Source: Phaeosaccion multiseriatum (taxonomy: Eukaryota > Protista > Ochrophyta, other classes). From it: 64,000 nucleotides of DNA. Positions 37,129 to 50,659 of the stretch are shown here, piece after piece (positions within the stretch are counted from its first letter, which is position 1; each line of letters begins with the position of its first letter). The notes under the pieces were generated by a model. That model was not told the DNA's origin, searched no databases, and was given only the letters and a program-made list of their open reading frames with translations. A program made the translations under genes and the position numbers. The stretch spans positions 868,001 to 932,000 of the forward strand of contig OZ218957.1 in assembly GCA_965112735.1 (NCBI GenBank). Reading direction: 5' to 3'.

Positions 37129-37627
37129 GCCCCCCGCTGCTCCGAGGGTTCGCACCCAGTCCTCGCTGCTGGGGCTGCTTCTCCCTCCCTCCTCCTCGCT
37201 CCTGCTATTGCATTTCTGGACTGCTCCTGCTTTGCATGCATTGACTACTGCCGCCCCTTCTCATCATATCCTTGCCTCCTTCCAGATTCTTCCTCTCCTC
37301 GGCCACATTCACTGCACGTGGGGTTGTGCTGCTGCCCCCTCCCCCTCCCAGCCTCCAAAAAGGTAACGGCAAACATGGGGTGCCATCTGCCTAAGAGTAA
37401 GAGAGAAACGGAAATCGCGATACCTGCCAGTCTTTGTTGGAAGGGTTGGATCGGCTTTCACCACCGACCTCGCAGCGAGATGGCGAGGTAGCGCAAGGGA
37501 AGGGAGTTCTCTATCCCCGTTAACTACGAACCGGAGGGAGAGAAGAGCAGGCAGGCAACAGGGGGGAAAAGGGGGGTCGAACTTGCCTCGGTGATCTTAG
37601 GGCGCCGGCCCGAGCAAGTGGAGAGCC

Positions 37628-40600
37628 ATGCGGACCTATTTGAGCAAGAAGATCGCCATCCCCAATGGCACTAAGCTCCACAGCCTGGCATGGAACCCAG
37701 ACCAAGGCTGGATCGCCTGTGGAGGGGCAGACGGACTCATGAAAGTGCTCAAGCTGGACAGCCCCACTGCACCCAAGGACGGGGGAGCAGGAGCAGGAGG
37801 GGCGGGGGGCGGCAAGCCGGCAGGAAGCAACCTCAGCATGAACCAGACGCTAGACGGCCATGAGGGCTCCGTTATGTGCGTGACTTGGAACGCCAACTAT
37901 AGCAAGCTGACCACGAGCGACGGTAACGGACTCATCATCGTATGGATGCTGCACCAGGGCATGTGGTATGAGGAAATGATCAACAACCGCAACAAGAGCG
38001 TGGTAAGGGACATGAAGTGGACCAGCGACGGGCAGAAGATCTGCATCATCTACGAGGACGGGGCGGTGATTGTGGGCAGCGTGGACGGCAATCGGCTCTG
38101 GGGCAAGGAGCTGGATGTGGGGCTGAGGAAAGTAGAGTGGGCGCCGGACGGCAAGCGGATACTCTTCGTCTGCTCGGCGGGGAAGGTGAGAGGAGGAACA
38201 GGGACAAGAGGGCCGGAGGGGGGGGGGGGGTGAGGGGGGGTGACGAAGACGCTGCTGAAAGAAGGGTGGGCTGGTGTCATTCATTCGGTGATAGCACGAC
38301 TTGCCCTGTACCGCACACCAGGACACGCTCTCCTCTCTCTGTCTTCTCAAACAATGTGGTATGACTGTCCCTCTTTTCTCCATACTCGGCGCAGGTGCAC
38401 ATTTTCGACGCGGGAGGGAATAGAATCAAAGGCTTGGCGCTGGACGCCGTCCAAAGCACCAGTAACAAGGGAGAGGGCAAGTCAGGAGGGGGGGGGAGCG
38501 ATGACGATGACAGCGATGACGACACCGGCGAGAGCAAGCAGAACGCAGACGCCACCAACAGGGGCAACCAAGTCGTGAGCATCGATTGGTACGACGGGGC
38601 GGAGGGCCACATGCACCAAGACGCCCCTACCTTGGCGGTGGCGCTCGCCAATGGACGCGTGCAGGTGCGTGCGTGCGTGTGTGTGCTTGTGTGTGTGCCT
38701 GTGTGTGAGTCTACATTTTGCATCATTCATTTCATTCATGCGACAAGGGGGCCCCTTCCTCCTTCCCCCTTCCTCCTTCGCTCGATTCGAGGCTTGTGTA
38801 TTTGTGTGTGTGTGTGGGAGGGGGGGGGGGGGGGTAAAATGAGGACCTTCACGCAACGCATCCACCAGGCACACAACAAAGACCCGCCCTTCCATCGATC
38901 GAACCTGCGCTTTGTCTCTCGGATATCGGCGTATTTTCATGCCGATTGCCTCGTCTCTCCCCCCCACCCCCCACTGCCTCGCGCAGCTGACACGTGGCGC
39001 GGACGAGTTGACGAGAGAGGACAGCGGCGGGCGAAAGGTGGGCCCCGTCATCATCGACAGTCGACTGAAGCTGCGCCAGGCCAAGTGGAACACGAACGGT
39101 ACCGTGCTCGCGCTGACAGGCAACACCACCGCCATCTCGCGGAGCGGCGAGAAGAGGGAGATGAGCATGGTTAAGGTGAGTGAGGGGCGGGAAGGGAGGG
39201 GAGGGAAGGGAGGGGGAGGAGAAGGGTAGGCGGGTTTGCAAATGAACGGTCTGATGAAACACACACGCACACCCGCACCCCCACCCACCACCCACCCACC
39301 CACCCATACACATGCACGCATGCACCCCCCCGTACGTACACGTTAGTTCTACACCCCGTACGGCGAGCTGCTCCGTACGCTGAAGGTGCCCCACAGCGGT
39401 GTGACTGGGCTGAGCTGGGAGGGGGGTGGACTTCGCATCGCCTTGGCCGTGGAGGAGTTCATTTACTTCGCCAACATTAGACCGGACTACCAATGGGGAT
39501 ACGCAAAGGGCGCCGACATGCTGTGTTATGCGTTTCAGAAGCCCGACCGGGTAGAGACCAATGTCGTGTTCTGGTGAGTGGGTGGGCGAGTGGGTGGGGA
39601 AGGGAGGGGGGGAGGGAGGGAGGGAGGGAGGGAGGAAGGCGCTAGTTCCTCCTTCTGTTTATAACCGCCAAGCGCTTCCTGCCCGTGTTGTAACCGCCAA
39701 GCGCTTCCTGCCCGTGTTGTACTCTCTGCTGCTCTCTCCCCTCCCCTTCTCTTCTCTCCCTCCCCTCCTCATCCCTTCTCTCCCCTCCTCTCTCTCTCTC
39801 TCTCTCTCTCCTTCTCTTCTCTTCTCTTCTCTCCCCTCCTCTCTCTCCCCTCCCCTCTCTGTCTCTCTCTCTCCCCCCTTCTCTTCTCTTCTCTTCTCTC
39901 CCCTTGCTCTCCGCTCCTCTTGTCTTGTCTTGTCCTGCCCTGTCTCCTCTTCTCTTCTCTCCCCTTCCTCTCCTCTCCTCTTGTCTTGTCTTGTCCTTTC
40001 TCCTCTTGTCTCAGGGACTTACGGAGTGATGAACGGCACACCAAGCTCGTCAAGGTGAGGGGGGCTTTACACAGCCTTTACACAGCCTGCGGGGGGGGGG
40101 AGGGAGGGAAAGGAGGAGGGGGAGGAAGGGGAGGAAGCAGAGGGGAGGGGAAGAGAGGCGAAGAGAGCGCTGGAGAGTGCCCTCTGTCGACGGGCAGCGA
40201 CCCGACAGTGCGAGGTATAGAGGCGACATCAAAGGAGGGGACAAACGGGTTAAAAAGAGTGTAGTTCGATATCTTCATTGACATTCAAACAATAGCGAAG
40301 TTCGATCTCAATGGACATTCATCACCGAGGCCAATAAAATGAAACCAACCTGCAACTGAACCCCTTCCCCAACCAACTTCCTTTGCTGCCCCCTCTTCCC
40401 CTCTTTTCACACACACGCACACGCACACACGCACACACACACACAAACACACACGCACATACACACACACACACAGGATCTGAAGCAGCTCAAGGCGGGC
40501 GGGGAAAGTGCCGTGATGATTTCCGGTCCGACAGACGTGCTCGGCTCCCACCGGGTTACCCTGCTGGACGCCATTGGGAACCCTCTTGAAGAGAAGTCAA

Positions 40601-42127
40601 CACTTGTGCAGCCCAACTTTGTTGTGATGACAGAGAGACACGTGGTCGTGGCGGATAAGAAGGTTTGCTATGTGTGGCAGTACAGAACACAGCCAGTTGC
40701 CAAGGTAAGGGAGGGAGGGAGGGAGGGGGGGAGGGAGGGAGAGAGAAAGAGAGGGAGAGAGGGAGGGAGGGAGAGAGGGGGGGAGGGAGAGAGAGGGAGG
40801 GAGGGAGGGAGGGAGGGAGGGAGGGAGGGAGGGAGGGATAAAGGGAAGGAGAGAGAGAGGGAGGGAGGGAGGGAAGGAAGGAAGGAAGGAGGGAGGGAGG
40901 GAGGCGGCTTTTCAGTGGAGAACGAATGCAATGAGGTGAAAAGAACAAAAAGGAGAAGAACAGTATCAAGGAAAGGAAAACACCCATACCCCTTTAACCC
41001 TACCCCATACCGTATAACCCACGCCCCATACCCTACACCCCATACCCTATACCCTTTACCCCATACCACCCTCCCTGTGCCTGCAGCTGAGTGCGCTGGA
41101 CATCGGCTCCAACGTGTCCAAGGTTCTGAAACGCTCCTCCGGCAAGGAGCGAATCGTCGACCCCCAAGATCTCAGCGGCAACCCCATTCTCACCATTGAC
41201 GCCTACAATCGCAGTCAGGCAGTCGCGGAGGAGGGGGAGGGAGGGTCGAGCAGCGGCAGCAGCAGCGGCAGCAGCAAGGCGGGTGGTGCTAAGGGGCAAG
41301 GAGGGGAAGCGTCGTCTTCGATCTGTGCAGTAGCGGCTTCAGATCGGCTGTTGGTCATCGCGTTGGACAATGGCCAGCTACAGTGCTACTCGCTGCCGCA
41401 CTTGGCTGTGGAGGCGCAGTACACAGTTCGATGTGTGCCGGCAGGTCTGAGTCTGAACTGCAACAGCTCTCTGCTCAGTATTGTCGACGACCATGGTATG
41501 CTCACCATATTCGACTTCGCGGCTGAACGGAGGGCCAAGGGAGGGCCAGGGGTTGGCGACGACGACGAACTCGACTTTGGTGTTGGTGTTGGTGGTACAG
41601 GGGTGGACGGTGGTGGGGGGATGGGTGGTCCGGGCGGCGGCAAGACGCAGCAGCAGCAACAGCAACAGGCTGCCAAGAAGGTGGACTGGAGCGGCTTTGA
41701 AAGGAAGGATGCGTGGGACATGGTGTGGAGCTGTGACGACCCTCTGCAGGTGAGTGAGTGAGTGAGTGAGTGACCGAGGTGTCAATAAAACTCAAACCGA
41801 AACTGAACCTGACACTTCACCTGAAAACCCAAACCCTCTCTGCAGTTCGCGGTGACGGAGAAGACAAAAACCTTCGTGTTCCACGGGGACGAGCCCGAGG
41901 AGGCGAGGCCCAACAGCGGATACATGTGTAGCTTCGAGGTGGGTGTAGTATGTCAATGGGTGGATAGGTGTAGTATGTCAATGGCTGGGTGGGTGGATGG
42001 GTGGGTGTAGTTGGGTGTAGTTGGGTGTAGGTGGAGGGGGTTGGATGTGTGTGTGGGTGTGTGTGTGGATGAGTGTGCGTGTGCGTGTATGTGTGTGTGT
42101 GTGTGTGTGTGTGCGTGTGTGTGTGTG

Positions 42128-42170
<43 letters not shown>

Positions 42171-44064
42171 GTAAGTGTAGTGTGGGTGGGTGGTAGACGT
42201 GTGCGTTGACATCAGCCCCCTCTCCCTCCGTCCGTCCCTCCGTCTTTCGTCGCCTCTCTACGCAGGACATGGAGGTGAAGCTTGTGCGCCTCGATGAAGT
42301 CATGATGGCGCCAGAAGCCGTGGAGCGGGTGAGTGACTGACTTGACTGCCTGTCTGACTTGACTGAGTGATTCTCACTGACTCACTGACTCACTGACTCA
42401 CTAACTCACGGGCGCACGGACTCACTGACTGTCATACATACAACCTCACACCCACACAGAGCATGGTGAGTCAGATGGAGACTCGACAACTCAAGAACCT
42501 CCGCGAGCTCATCAACACATCAGGCGTTACAGAAGGCCTCGCTTTCGTAACCGCCGCTCAGCCCGCCCCTCCCCACCCAAAGCTGTGGCGCTGTCTCGCC
42601 CAAGCAGCGCTAGAGGTTCTGGACTTCGGCTTGGCGGACAAGGCGTTTGTGCACTGTGCTGACTACCAGGGGATCCACTTTGTGCAGCGGGTGGCCGGGC
42701 TGACAGATCGGATGAAGCAGCGAGCCGAAGTAGCGGCGTATTTCTTGCGTTATGACGAGGCAGAGTCGCTGTATAGGGAGATTGATCGCAAGGACTTGGC
42801 CATTGATTTGCGGCAGAGGCTTGGTGACTGGCTGAGGGTGGTGCACCTCGTGAAGCAAGGAGGGGGCGATGATCAGCAGCTGCAGAGGGCGTGGAGCATG
42901 ATTGGTGAGCACTACGCGGACCGCAGCAAGTGGACCAAGGCCATGCAGTACTACAAACAGGTAGGTGGGGGGGTTAAGTCACTGAAAAGTGCTCTGTGGG
43001 CAGATGGTGTGTTGGTAGGTGCGCATGTCAGTGACAAAATTCTTGTTGCCTTGCTGTGCCTTACCTCCCTCCCTCCCTTCCTCCCTCCCTCCCTCCCTCC
43101 CTCCCTCCCTCCCTCCCTCCCTCCCTCCATCCATCCCTCCCTCCCTCCCTCCCTCCCTCCCTCCCTCCCTCCCTCCCTCCCTCCCTCCCTCCCTCCCTCC
43201 CTCCCTCCCTCCCTCCCTCCCTCCCTCCCTCCCTCCCCCTCCCTCCGTCCCTCCCTCCCCCTCCCTCCCTCCCTCCAACACAGGCCCGCAGCCTGGACAA
43301 ACAAGCCGACTGCTTCTACCGCCTCGAGGAGTACCAGCATCTATCCGCCCTCGTCGAGGCCTTGCCCCCCGGTAGCGCCGAACTGCTCAAGCTCGGTAGC
43401 CTGTTCCAAGGGGTAGGGCTTGCGGGAGAGGCGGTCAATGCGTACGTCCGTGGAGGTGACCCAAAGGCCGCCATTGATGCATGTGTGCTGCTGAACCAGT
43501 GGTCGAGGGCGGTCGATCTGGCAGCCGAGTTCGATTTCCCTCAGATTGAGGGTTTGCTGAGCAAGTACGCACTGCAATTGTTGGAGAGGGGCGAGCATCT
43601 GAGGGCAGTGGAGCTGTATCGGAAGGCAAATAAAGCCACGGATGCCGCGCTGCTCTTGGCCAAGCTCGCAGAGGAGTCGGGGAGAGTACACGTCAACCCT
43701 CTCCGGGCCAAGAAGCTGCATGTGCTTGCAGCGCTTGAGGTGGAAAGACACCGCAAGCATGTGCTGAATCTCACCTCGAGCATGACCAGGCAGGGTGGCA
43801 AAACGGCAGCGGATGTGGCAACGGCAACGGCGGTGACGCTTGATACGCTCATGGCCACTGGGGATAGCGCCGAGGACAAGCAGGCGAGCAAGGTGCTGGA
43901 CAATGCCTGGAGGGGCGCCGAGGCCTACCACTACTACATGCTCGCACAGAGGCAAGTGTCAAGCAAGTGTCAAGCAAGGTGTCAAGCAAAGTGTCAAGCA
44001 AGTGTCAAGGGAGGGACTCATATCAAGTCAAGTCAAGTCAATCATGTGATTCAGTCGTCAATCA

Positions 44065-44102
<38 letters not shown>

Positions 44103-45074
44103 CTTAAGTCTCTTGACTTTGTGAGTGGAGATGCCCTTCGAGGGGCCAAGGAGGGACGCAAATTGAGCTGAGGGCTGAGCTTGATGCGATGATCTGCGGC
44201 AGATGAAACATGGGACCATCACATACGACTCACAACTGACAACGTACAGCACATCCAACACCACCACAAACCCACACACCAACAGGCAGCTGTACCAGGG
44301 GCAAATCGAGATGGGCATGAAGACGGCCATCCGCTGCGCCGAGTATGAAGATATCCTCCCTCCCTGGGACATTTACAGCCTCGTGGCCGTCGCCGCCTAC
44401 CACTGCGGCTACTTTGGTGTGTGTAGCAGGGCCTTCGTCAAGCTGCAGACGCTGCCCCAGGAGAGCGTCTCGAAGGACCAGCTGGAGGCCGTGCAGGTAA
44501 GACGGATGGGATGGCAGTGGATGGCGGTACATGACTTGACTGTGCGGCGCATGACTTGATTTGACTTGAGGAGTGGGCTTTGAAGCGGGCTCCGGCCCCT
44601 CGGGCTCCTCCCTCTGTTCTGTCTAATGGAGGGACTGTAGTGCTGCTGCTGCTTTTCCAAACCCGCTGGGGTTTGCTGTTCGGGGGTTTGGTGAGCCCTC
44701 ACGTGCCTTCAATGCATTCCCCACCCCAATCCACTCCTCCCCCCCTCCCTCTCCCCTCCCCCCCCCCCTAGGCCCTGGCGGTAAGTATCTTCACCAAACA
44801 CGAGCCGCACGATCCCACCCCCGACGGGAGCAGCAGCGTGGGGATGGCAGCCGACGGCAACAGCACCACCGGCTACGGTTATACCATGCTACCCCAGCAA
44901 TACCTCGACTGCCTGGACGAGGGACGTAGCTACATGGCCTGCACCGTGTCAGGGCAGCTCATCACGTCCAAGGCGAGGAGCATCATGTGCAAGGCGTGCA
45001 AGCGATTTGCGGTGGAGGCGGAGCTTCGGAACATTGCCAACTGCCCCCTTTGCCACGCCAGCATGCTGTCTTGA
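37628..45074 (+). CDS. WDR35: Intraflagellar transport protein IFT121 / WD repeat protein 35, ~13 exons
   Basis: [13 protein letters not shown]..., [57 protein letters not shown]-terminal CxxC...CPLCH. Confidence 0.96.
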
Positions 45075-45747
45075 TGGATGGACTTGTTGGTACTATCCAC
45101 ATAATTGAACTTCCTTGACTTGAAATTAAAATGGCATTTATTCCTACTAAGAGAGATCACGCACCAAAGGCTTATAACCCCCCCCCCCCTTCTGTGGAGG
45201 CGTAACAAGCCGGCGGTCGACGGTATAAAAGTGCGCCAAAAGACCGAAGGAGAGGTCATGGACATGACCCGAGTGCGCGTAGGAGGGCCCACTCAGTCAT
45301 AGTTTATCTGGCCTTGCTTGTCCTGCGAGTTAGCCCAATGGACTCCCCCAAGAAGGTTGTTGCTGTTTCTGCTGTTTGACCAACCGCTGTTGCTGCTTCT
45401 GCTGTATCACCAACTGCTGCTGCTTCAGGTCGTGTGGCCTACGAAGGGAGGAGGCAGGGAAGAAGGAGATGCCAGCGATGGCGAGAATGGCGAGGAGGGG
45501 GAGGGGGGCAGCAGTAGCAGTAGCAAGAAGAAGAAGAGCAAGAAGAGCAAGGACAAGGACAAGAAGGGGAGCAAGAAGAGGAGTGCAGCTGATGCTTACG
45601 AGGGGGGAGGGGACGCTAAAAAGCCCAAGAAGAAGAAGGATTAGGAAGAAAATAGTAGTTTTAGTAGTAGGAGTGTAGTAGAAAAAAGAAGAGTAGTAGT
45701 AGTAGTGGTGGTAGTAGTGGTGTAGTGGTAGAAGTAGCAGCAGGAGT

Positions 45748-46471
45748 AGGAGGAGGAGGAGGAGGAGGAGGAGGAGGAGAAGGAGGAGGAGGAGGAGGAG
45801 GAGGAGGAGGAGGAGGAGGAGGAGGAGGAGGAGGAGGAGGAGGAGGAGGAGGAGGAGGAGGAGGAGGAGGAGGAGGAGGAGGAGGAGGAGGAGGAGGAGG
45901 AGGAGGAGGAGGAGGAGGAGGAGGAGGAGGAGGAGGAGGAGGAGGAGGAGGAGGAGGAGGAGGAGGAGGAGGAGGAGGAGGAGGAGGAGGAGGAGGAGGA
46001 GGAGGAGGAGGAGGAGGAGGAGGAGGAGGAGGAGGAGGAGGAGGAGGAGGAGGAGGAGGAGGAGGAGGAGGAGGAGGAGGAGGAGGAGGAGGAGGAGGAG
46101 GAGGAGGAGGAGGAGGAGGAGGAGGAGGAGGAGGAGGAGGAGGAGGAGGAGGAGGAGGAGGAGGAGGAGGAGGAGGAGGAGGAGGAGGAGGAGGAGGAGG
46201 AGGAGGAGGAGGAGGAGGAGGAGGAGGAGGAGGAGGAGGAGGAGGAGGAGGAGGAGGAGGAGGAGGAGGAGGAGGAGGAGGAGGAGGAGGAGGAGGAGGA
46301 GGAGGAGGAGGAGGAGGAGGAGGAGGAGGAGGAGGAGGAGGAGGAGGAGGAGGAGGAGGAGGAGGAGGAGGAGGAGGAGGAGGAGGAGGAGGAGGAGGAG
46401 GAGGAGGAGGAGGAGGAGGAGGAGGAGGAGGAGGAGGAGGAGGAGGAGGGGGAGGAGGGGGAGGAGGAGGA
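45748..46471. repeat. (GGA)n microsatellite
   Basis: Near-pure ~720-bp run. Confidence 0.95.
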
Positions 46472-47252
46472 TAATATTTAGTTTGCCATCTATGGCTGGT
46501 TGTTTAAGGATTTAAAGAGGGGAAAGGAGAGCGAAACCGCAAAAGGAGAGTGAAACCGCTCGCCAACTGTGATCCGGATGTGGACACACCAAACGAAACA
46601 ACGCATGCGTCATATCATGAACAAAGTCGCCGCTAGCTGTACGGAGGAAGAGGCCAGCCATTGGGATAAGCATCCTCGTGTTCTCGCGCACGAATCAGCA
46701 GCAGTTGCCGCAATCCTTGCCTGTCTCACTTCCTGGAGATCATTATTTTAGAATAGGTAGCGCAAAAAAAAAAAAAAATAAGACAAAGGAGCGGACACAG
46801 CTGCCGGCTGAGCTGCGCTCTCGTCGGCTTACTGGTCATCGGCTCGAACATGGCTCTGACCTCGGGCTTTGTCCAGTCGCCAACGAAATCGGCGTCGCTG
46901 TCGTCGTGGCGCCACGACAGACAGCAGCACTCGGTACGTCTAGTCTTGCTCTTGTGTGAGCCTTTCCGCAAACAGTCTCGCATAAAGAAAGGAGCAGAAG
47001 CAGTAGTGCCAGCGGTAGCAGCAGGAGGAGGAGGCGATTGTCGAGATTTGAGCTCGATAAGGAAGTTAAGGCTTGACGTGTTGTTGCGCGAGTAGTGAGA
47101 GTCCCGTCCTCGTACACCGCGAAGGACAAGCTTGGCCACCCCCGGCTTCAATGTTCACCAAGTATGGCCTTATCCTCCTCATCCTTCTTATCCCTTCCCC
47201 CCCCCCCGCCCCTTCCTTGTTTGTTCTCTCGCTCGGCTCGCAAACGCTTTAG

Positions 47253-47500
47253 CCAAGCGCTGCGACCACTATCCGCCCCAGTAGTACCTACAGCAGCGGC
47301 GGCAGCAGCAGTAACCACAGCAGCAAGCGGCGAGGCCGGGCGTTGATGCAGCAGTCAGCAGCGGCTGCTGCATCACCATCGTCGAAGGGGGCGGCAGCTG
47401 TGCGGCCTCCCCCGCAGGTCCGCACCAGTGCCAAACTCGAGAGCGAATTTTTCGACCTTGACGGCAGGAGGGCGACATTCGGCTCGGTGCAGGTGCGTGC

Positions 47501-47536
<36 letters not shown>

Positions 47537-48590
47537 GTGCGTGTGTGTGTGTGTGTGTACGTTGGGGGAGGGGGGGTGTTGGCGTGGGTGCGTGTGACGC
47601 GTGTGGGAGGGGCGGAGAGGGAGAGAGAAAGAGAGTGCGAGAGAGGGAGGGAGAGGCAAGGGGGGGGGATAGAAACTAAGTCTACAAAGTCTACTATGCC
47701 CTTGCTGCAGCTGTGCATAGACCCACCACCTTTCCCACCTCACCGCCTTGCCCTCCCTCCCTCTCCCTCCCTCCCTCCCTCCCTCCCTCCCTCCCTCGCT
47801 CTCTTCTCCATGATGGACGCCGCAATGGCATGGCAATGCTTGGGGATGGCAGTCTGTGGAGGCCATCATGCGCCCTTCGTCCTTCGCCTCATGGGGGGAG
47901 TACCTCCTTGGGGATGCCTCCAACATCGTCTATGCCGTGTGGGACAGGGACAGGGTGAGTGATCAAGGGAGGGGCAGGAAAGACGAGCCGCCGATCTGTG
48001 TCGTGTTTGCATCCATCCGTCGGGAGAAGGGAGAGGAGGGAAGACGATGGACCCACGCAGAGGGGTCGAGGGGAAGCAATAGTAGACCTACCCAAGTAGA
48101 CTTACCCAAGTAGACCTACCCAAGTAGACCTACCCAAGCCTATAATGCACACTCATCCATTCCTCTGTCCTCCCTCCCTCCCTCCCTCTCTCCCTCCCTC
48201 GCTTCACCCCGTTGTCCCATCCCTTCCTCTCTCCCCTTCCTCCCTCCCGTCCCCCCCACTCAGCTGGAAGACCGCGGCGACGGACGGTTTCGCCTGAGCA
48301 TCAGTCCGAGAGAGTTCCTGGGCCTGCGCCTGTCTCTCACGGTGGATGTGCGGCTGTGGGTGACGGAGGATGGCACCCTACGATGCGAGTCAGAGGGGTG
48401 GGATAGCGAGGAGCTTAAGCAAGTGTTGGGGGAGGATTTTGCGAGAGCTTCTCCGTTGAGATTACCGGTATGTGTATGTATATGTATGTATATATGTGTG
48501 TACGCCGGGCCCTTGTGTTGTTTAAAAGGGCTGTCACCACGACCTCTCCTCCCTCCCTCCCTCCTTCTCTCCCTCTCTCCCTCCTTCGTC

Positions 48591-48635
<45 letters not shown>

Positions 48636-48971
48636 CTGTCTCTCCATCTCTCTCTCTGCGTGCGTTTACGCTGGCTCTTGTCTCGCTCCCCAGTGGCTTT
48701 CTCCTCTCTCTCTCTCTGCGTGTTTCTCTGTGTCTCTCTCTCTCTTTCTCTCTTTCTCTCTTCTCTCTCTCCATGTCTCTCTGTGTAGCTATGTTTACGC
48801 TTGTTCTCTTGTCTCACTCCCCTGTGCCTTTCTCCTCTCTCTTTCTCTCTTCTCTCTCCCTCTCTCCATATCTCTCTTTGTGTGTTTACGCTTGCTCTTG
48901 TCTTCGATTGCTTCGCTCTCCCTCCCTCCAGCGACGTGTCGAGGAGAATTCCGTGCTGCACCCACCATCAG
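47253..48971 (+). CDS. DUF1997-like (plastid-type) protein, partial: start and C-terminal half not found
   Basis: Spliced exons give S/T-rich transit-like stretch, then WGEYLLGDASNIVYAVWDRDR|LEDRGDGRFRLSISPREFLGLRLSLTVDVRLWVTEDGTLRCES, a pattern I associate with DUF1997. Confidence 0.55.
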
Positions 48972-49565
48972 GTAAGAAGTGTGTATGTGTGTGGCTTGTA
49001 TATGCGACGCATTGGTCTTGGTTAGTTACCTCTACTCTGGGTGGAAGAAACGGGGAGCACGTACTAGGGGGTCAAGGGTTGTGGACTGGTGGACGTGGGG
49101 AACTGCGGATTCCATACTATGCAAGTAAATACGTAAAAAGCTTCCCCCCCCCCCCCCCCCCGACCAAACTACTAACTGAACGAGTTTGAACATGCGCATC
49201 GTGTAGCCCTCGTCGAGACAAGCAAGTCGAATGCCGGGATCGTTACCTCCTCTACAACCTGCCTCTATCAGGTTCAGCAGTTCAAGGGGGGGAGGGGTGG
49301 AGGCCTAACAAACTGAAACTGCTGTTCCTTACGTAAGGGTTAGGCGGGTCTTACATACGGGTGTCTTGCAGCCCAGAGGCCCCTCCCTCCCCCCCCCCCT
49401 ACTAAAGTGCCTGTATCGCCGAGTTGAGCAGTTCTGGTTACGCGTCCCAGGTCGGGGTGAGTAATGCCCTCTTTCGTAACGTTCGTGGCACTGCACTACG
49501 CCAATCGCCTTTGTGTTCATCCTCTTTTTTGAGTGAGCTCTCTTAAATCTCTTAATGAGGATCGA

Positions 49566-49877
49566 CCCCTGACACGCTATCCGCTATCCGCTATCGCCGG
49601 CGCGCTGTCCGCTATCCCGGCGCCAGCCAGCGCGCTGTCCGCTATCCCGGCGCCAGCCAGCGCGCTATCCGCTCTCGCCGGTCGGCCCCTGACATGCTTC
49701 TGAGGCGACCCTGCTTCCTGCTTCTGGCCGGCGCAAGCCCGGCCAGGCAGATTCCAGGTTCTGGGGGAAAGCCATGTAATAGGGCAATGATGAGGGCCAA
49801 GGCTGCTTTTTGGGCTGGCCTGTCTCAGAAGCATTCAGGGGCCGACGCCGGCGCCAGCCGGCGCGCTATCGCAGGGG
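49566..49877. mobile_element. piggyBac-like MITE (CCCCTG...CAGGGG) flanked by TCGA
   Basis: TCGA at 49562-49565 and 49878-49881. Subterminal GCTATCC and GGCGCCAGCC repeats. Confidence 0.6.
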
Positions 49878-50659
49878 TCGATTAGGAGGCCGACGACCGA
49901 CGACAAGCTAATAATTAAAATGGTGACGTAGTACTAGCTCCCCAGTGGGGAAGAGAGCCCAACTGTAAGGTCTTTCGAATCATTCGAAGAAGCAAGCCAG
50001 GAGCCAGACAAACCTTGCGGGGGGCCGAAATCAGCCATTTCTTTGAAGGTCTCGGAGAAGCGTAACCCCCGGCGGAGAGCTTGCTCGGACTCAGCCGACA
50101 GGGAAACATTCCCCTAAGGGGTACAAATATTAGTACCCCTAGCTGGGGGGGGTACATCAAACCTCCAACCTCCCTTGCAGGCACTTTCCTGGCAGCATTG
50201 GCGACAGGAGAGAGAGGTTGGGAGAGAAATCACGTAACAGGTAAATCGTTTGACGAGCGGCGGGCAAAAACCGGGAGAGGCACGGGCGGGCGGTGTGGTG
50301 AGGAAGAAAAGGGGGAGAAAGACTGCCCAATAACCTTGGTCTACGAGTGTATCCGAATCGACGGAACATTCTCTTCTCCGATTGAGATTGGACTGCCTCC
50401 TGCCTCTCCTCCTCGCCCATTTTATGGCTGCTTCGTCTCGCCGCAACCTCCTGTCTGCTGTGCGAAGAACCCACTGCTGCTCTACAGGCTTCTGCTTGAT
50501 TCAGTTGAGAGATGATGTGGCAGTTAAAAAAAAAGTTGCGGAGCCTGCCTTTGAGAGCCTTAGTAGTGACGAGATAAAGTTTTGCTTGGCCCCTGCCTGT
50601 TTCTTGCTTGCCTGCCTTTCGTCACAGCGGACCTTTGGAGAGTCTGCGAGACTGCAGCC

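Noticed and set aside
45725-46474. Poly-Gly ORF
   Set aside because: Translation of the (GGA)n run.
46726-47151. 141-aa minus-strand ORF
   Set aside because: Non-ATG start, no recognisable motif and no splice support.
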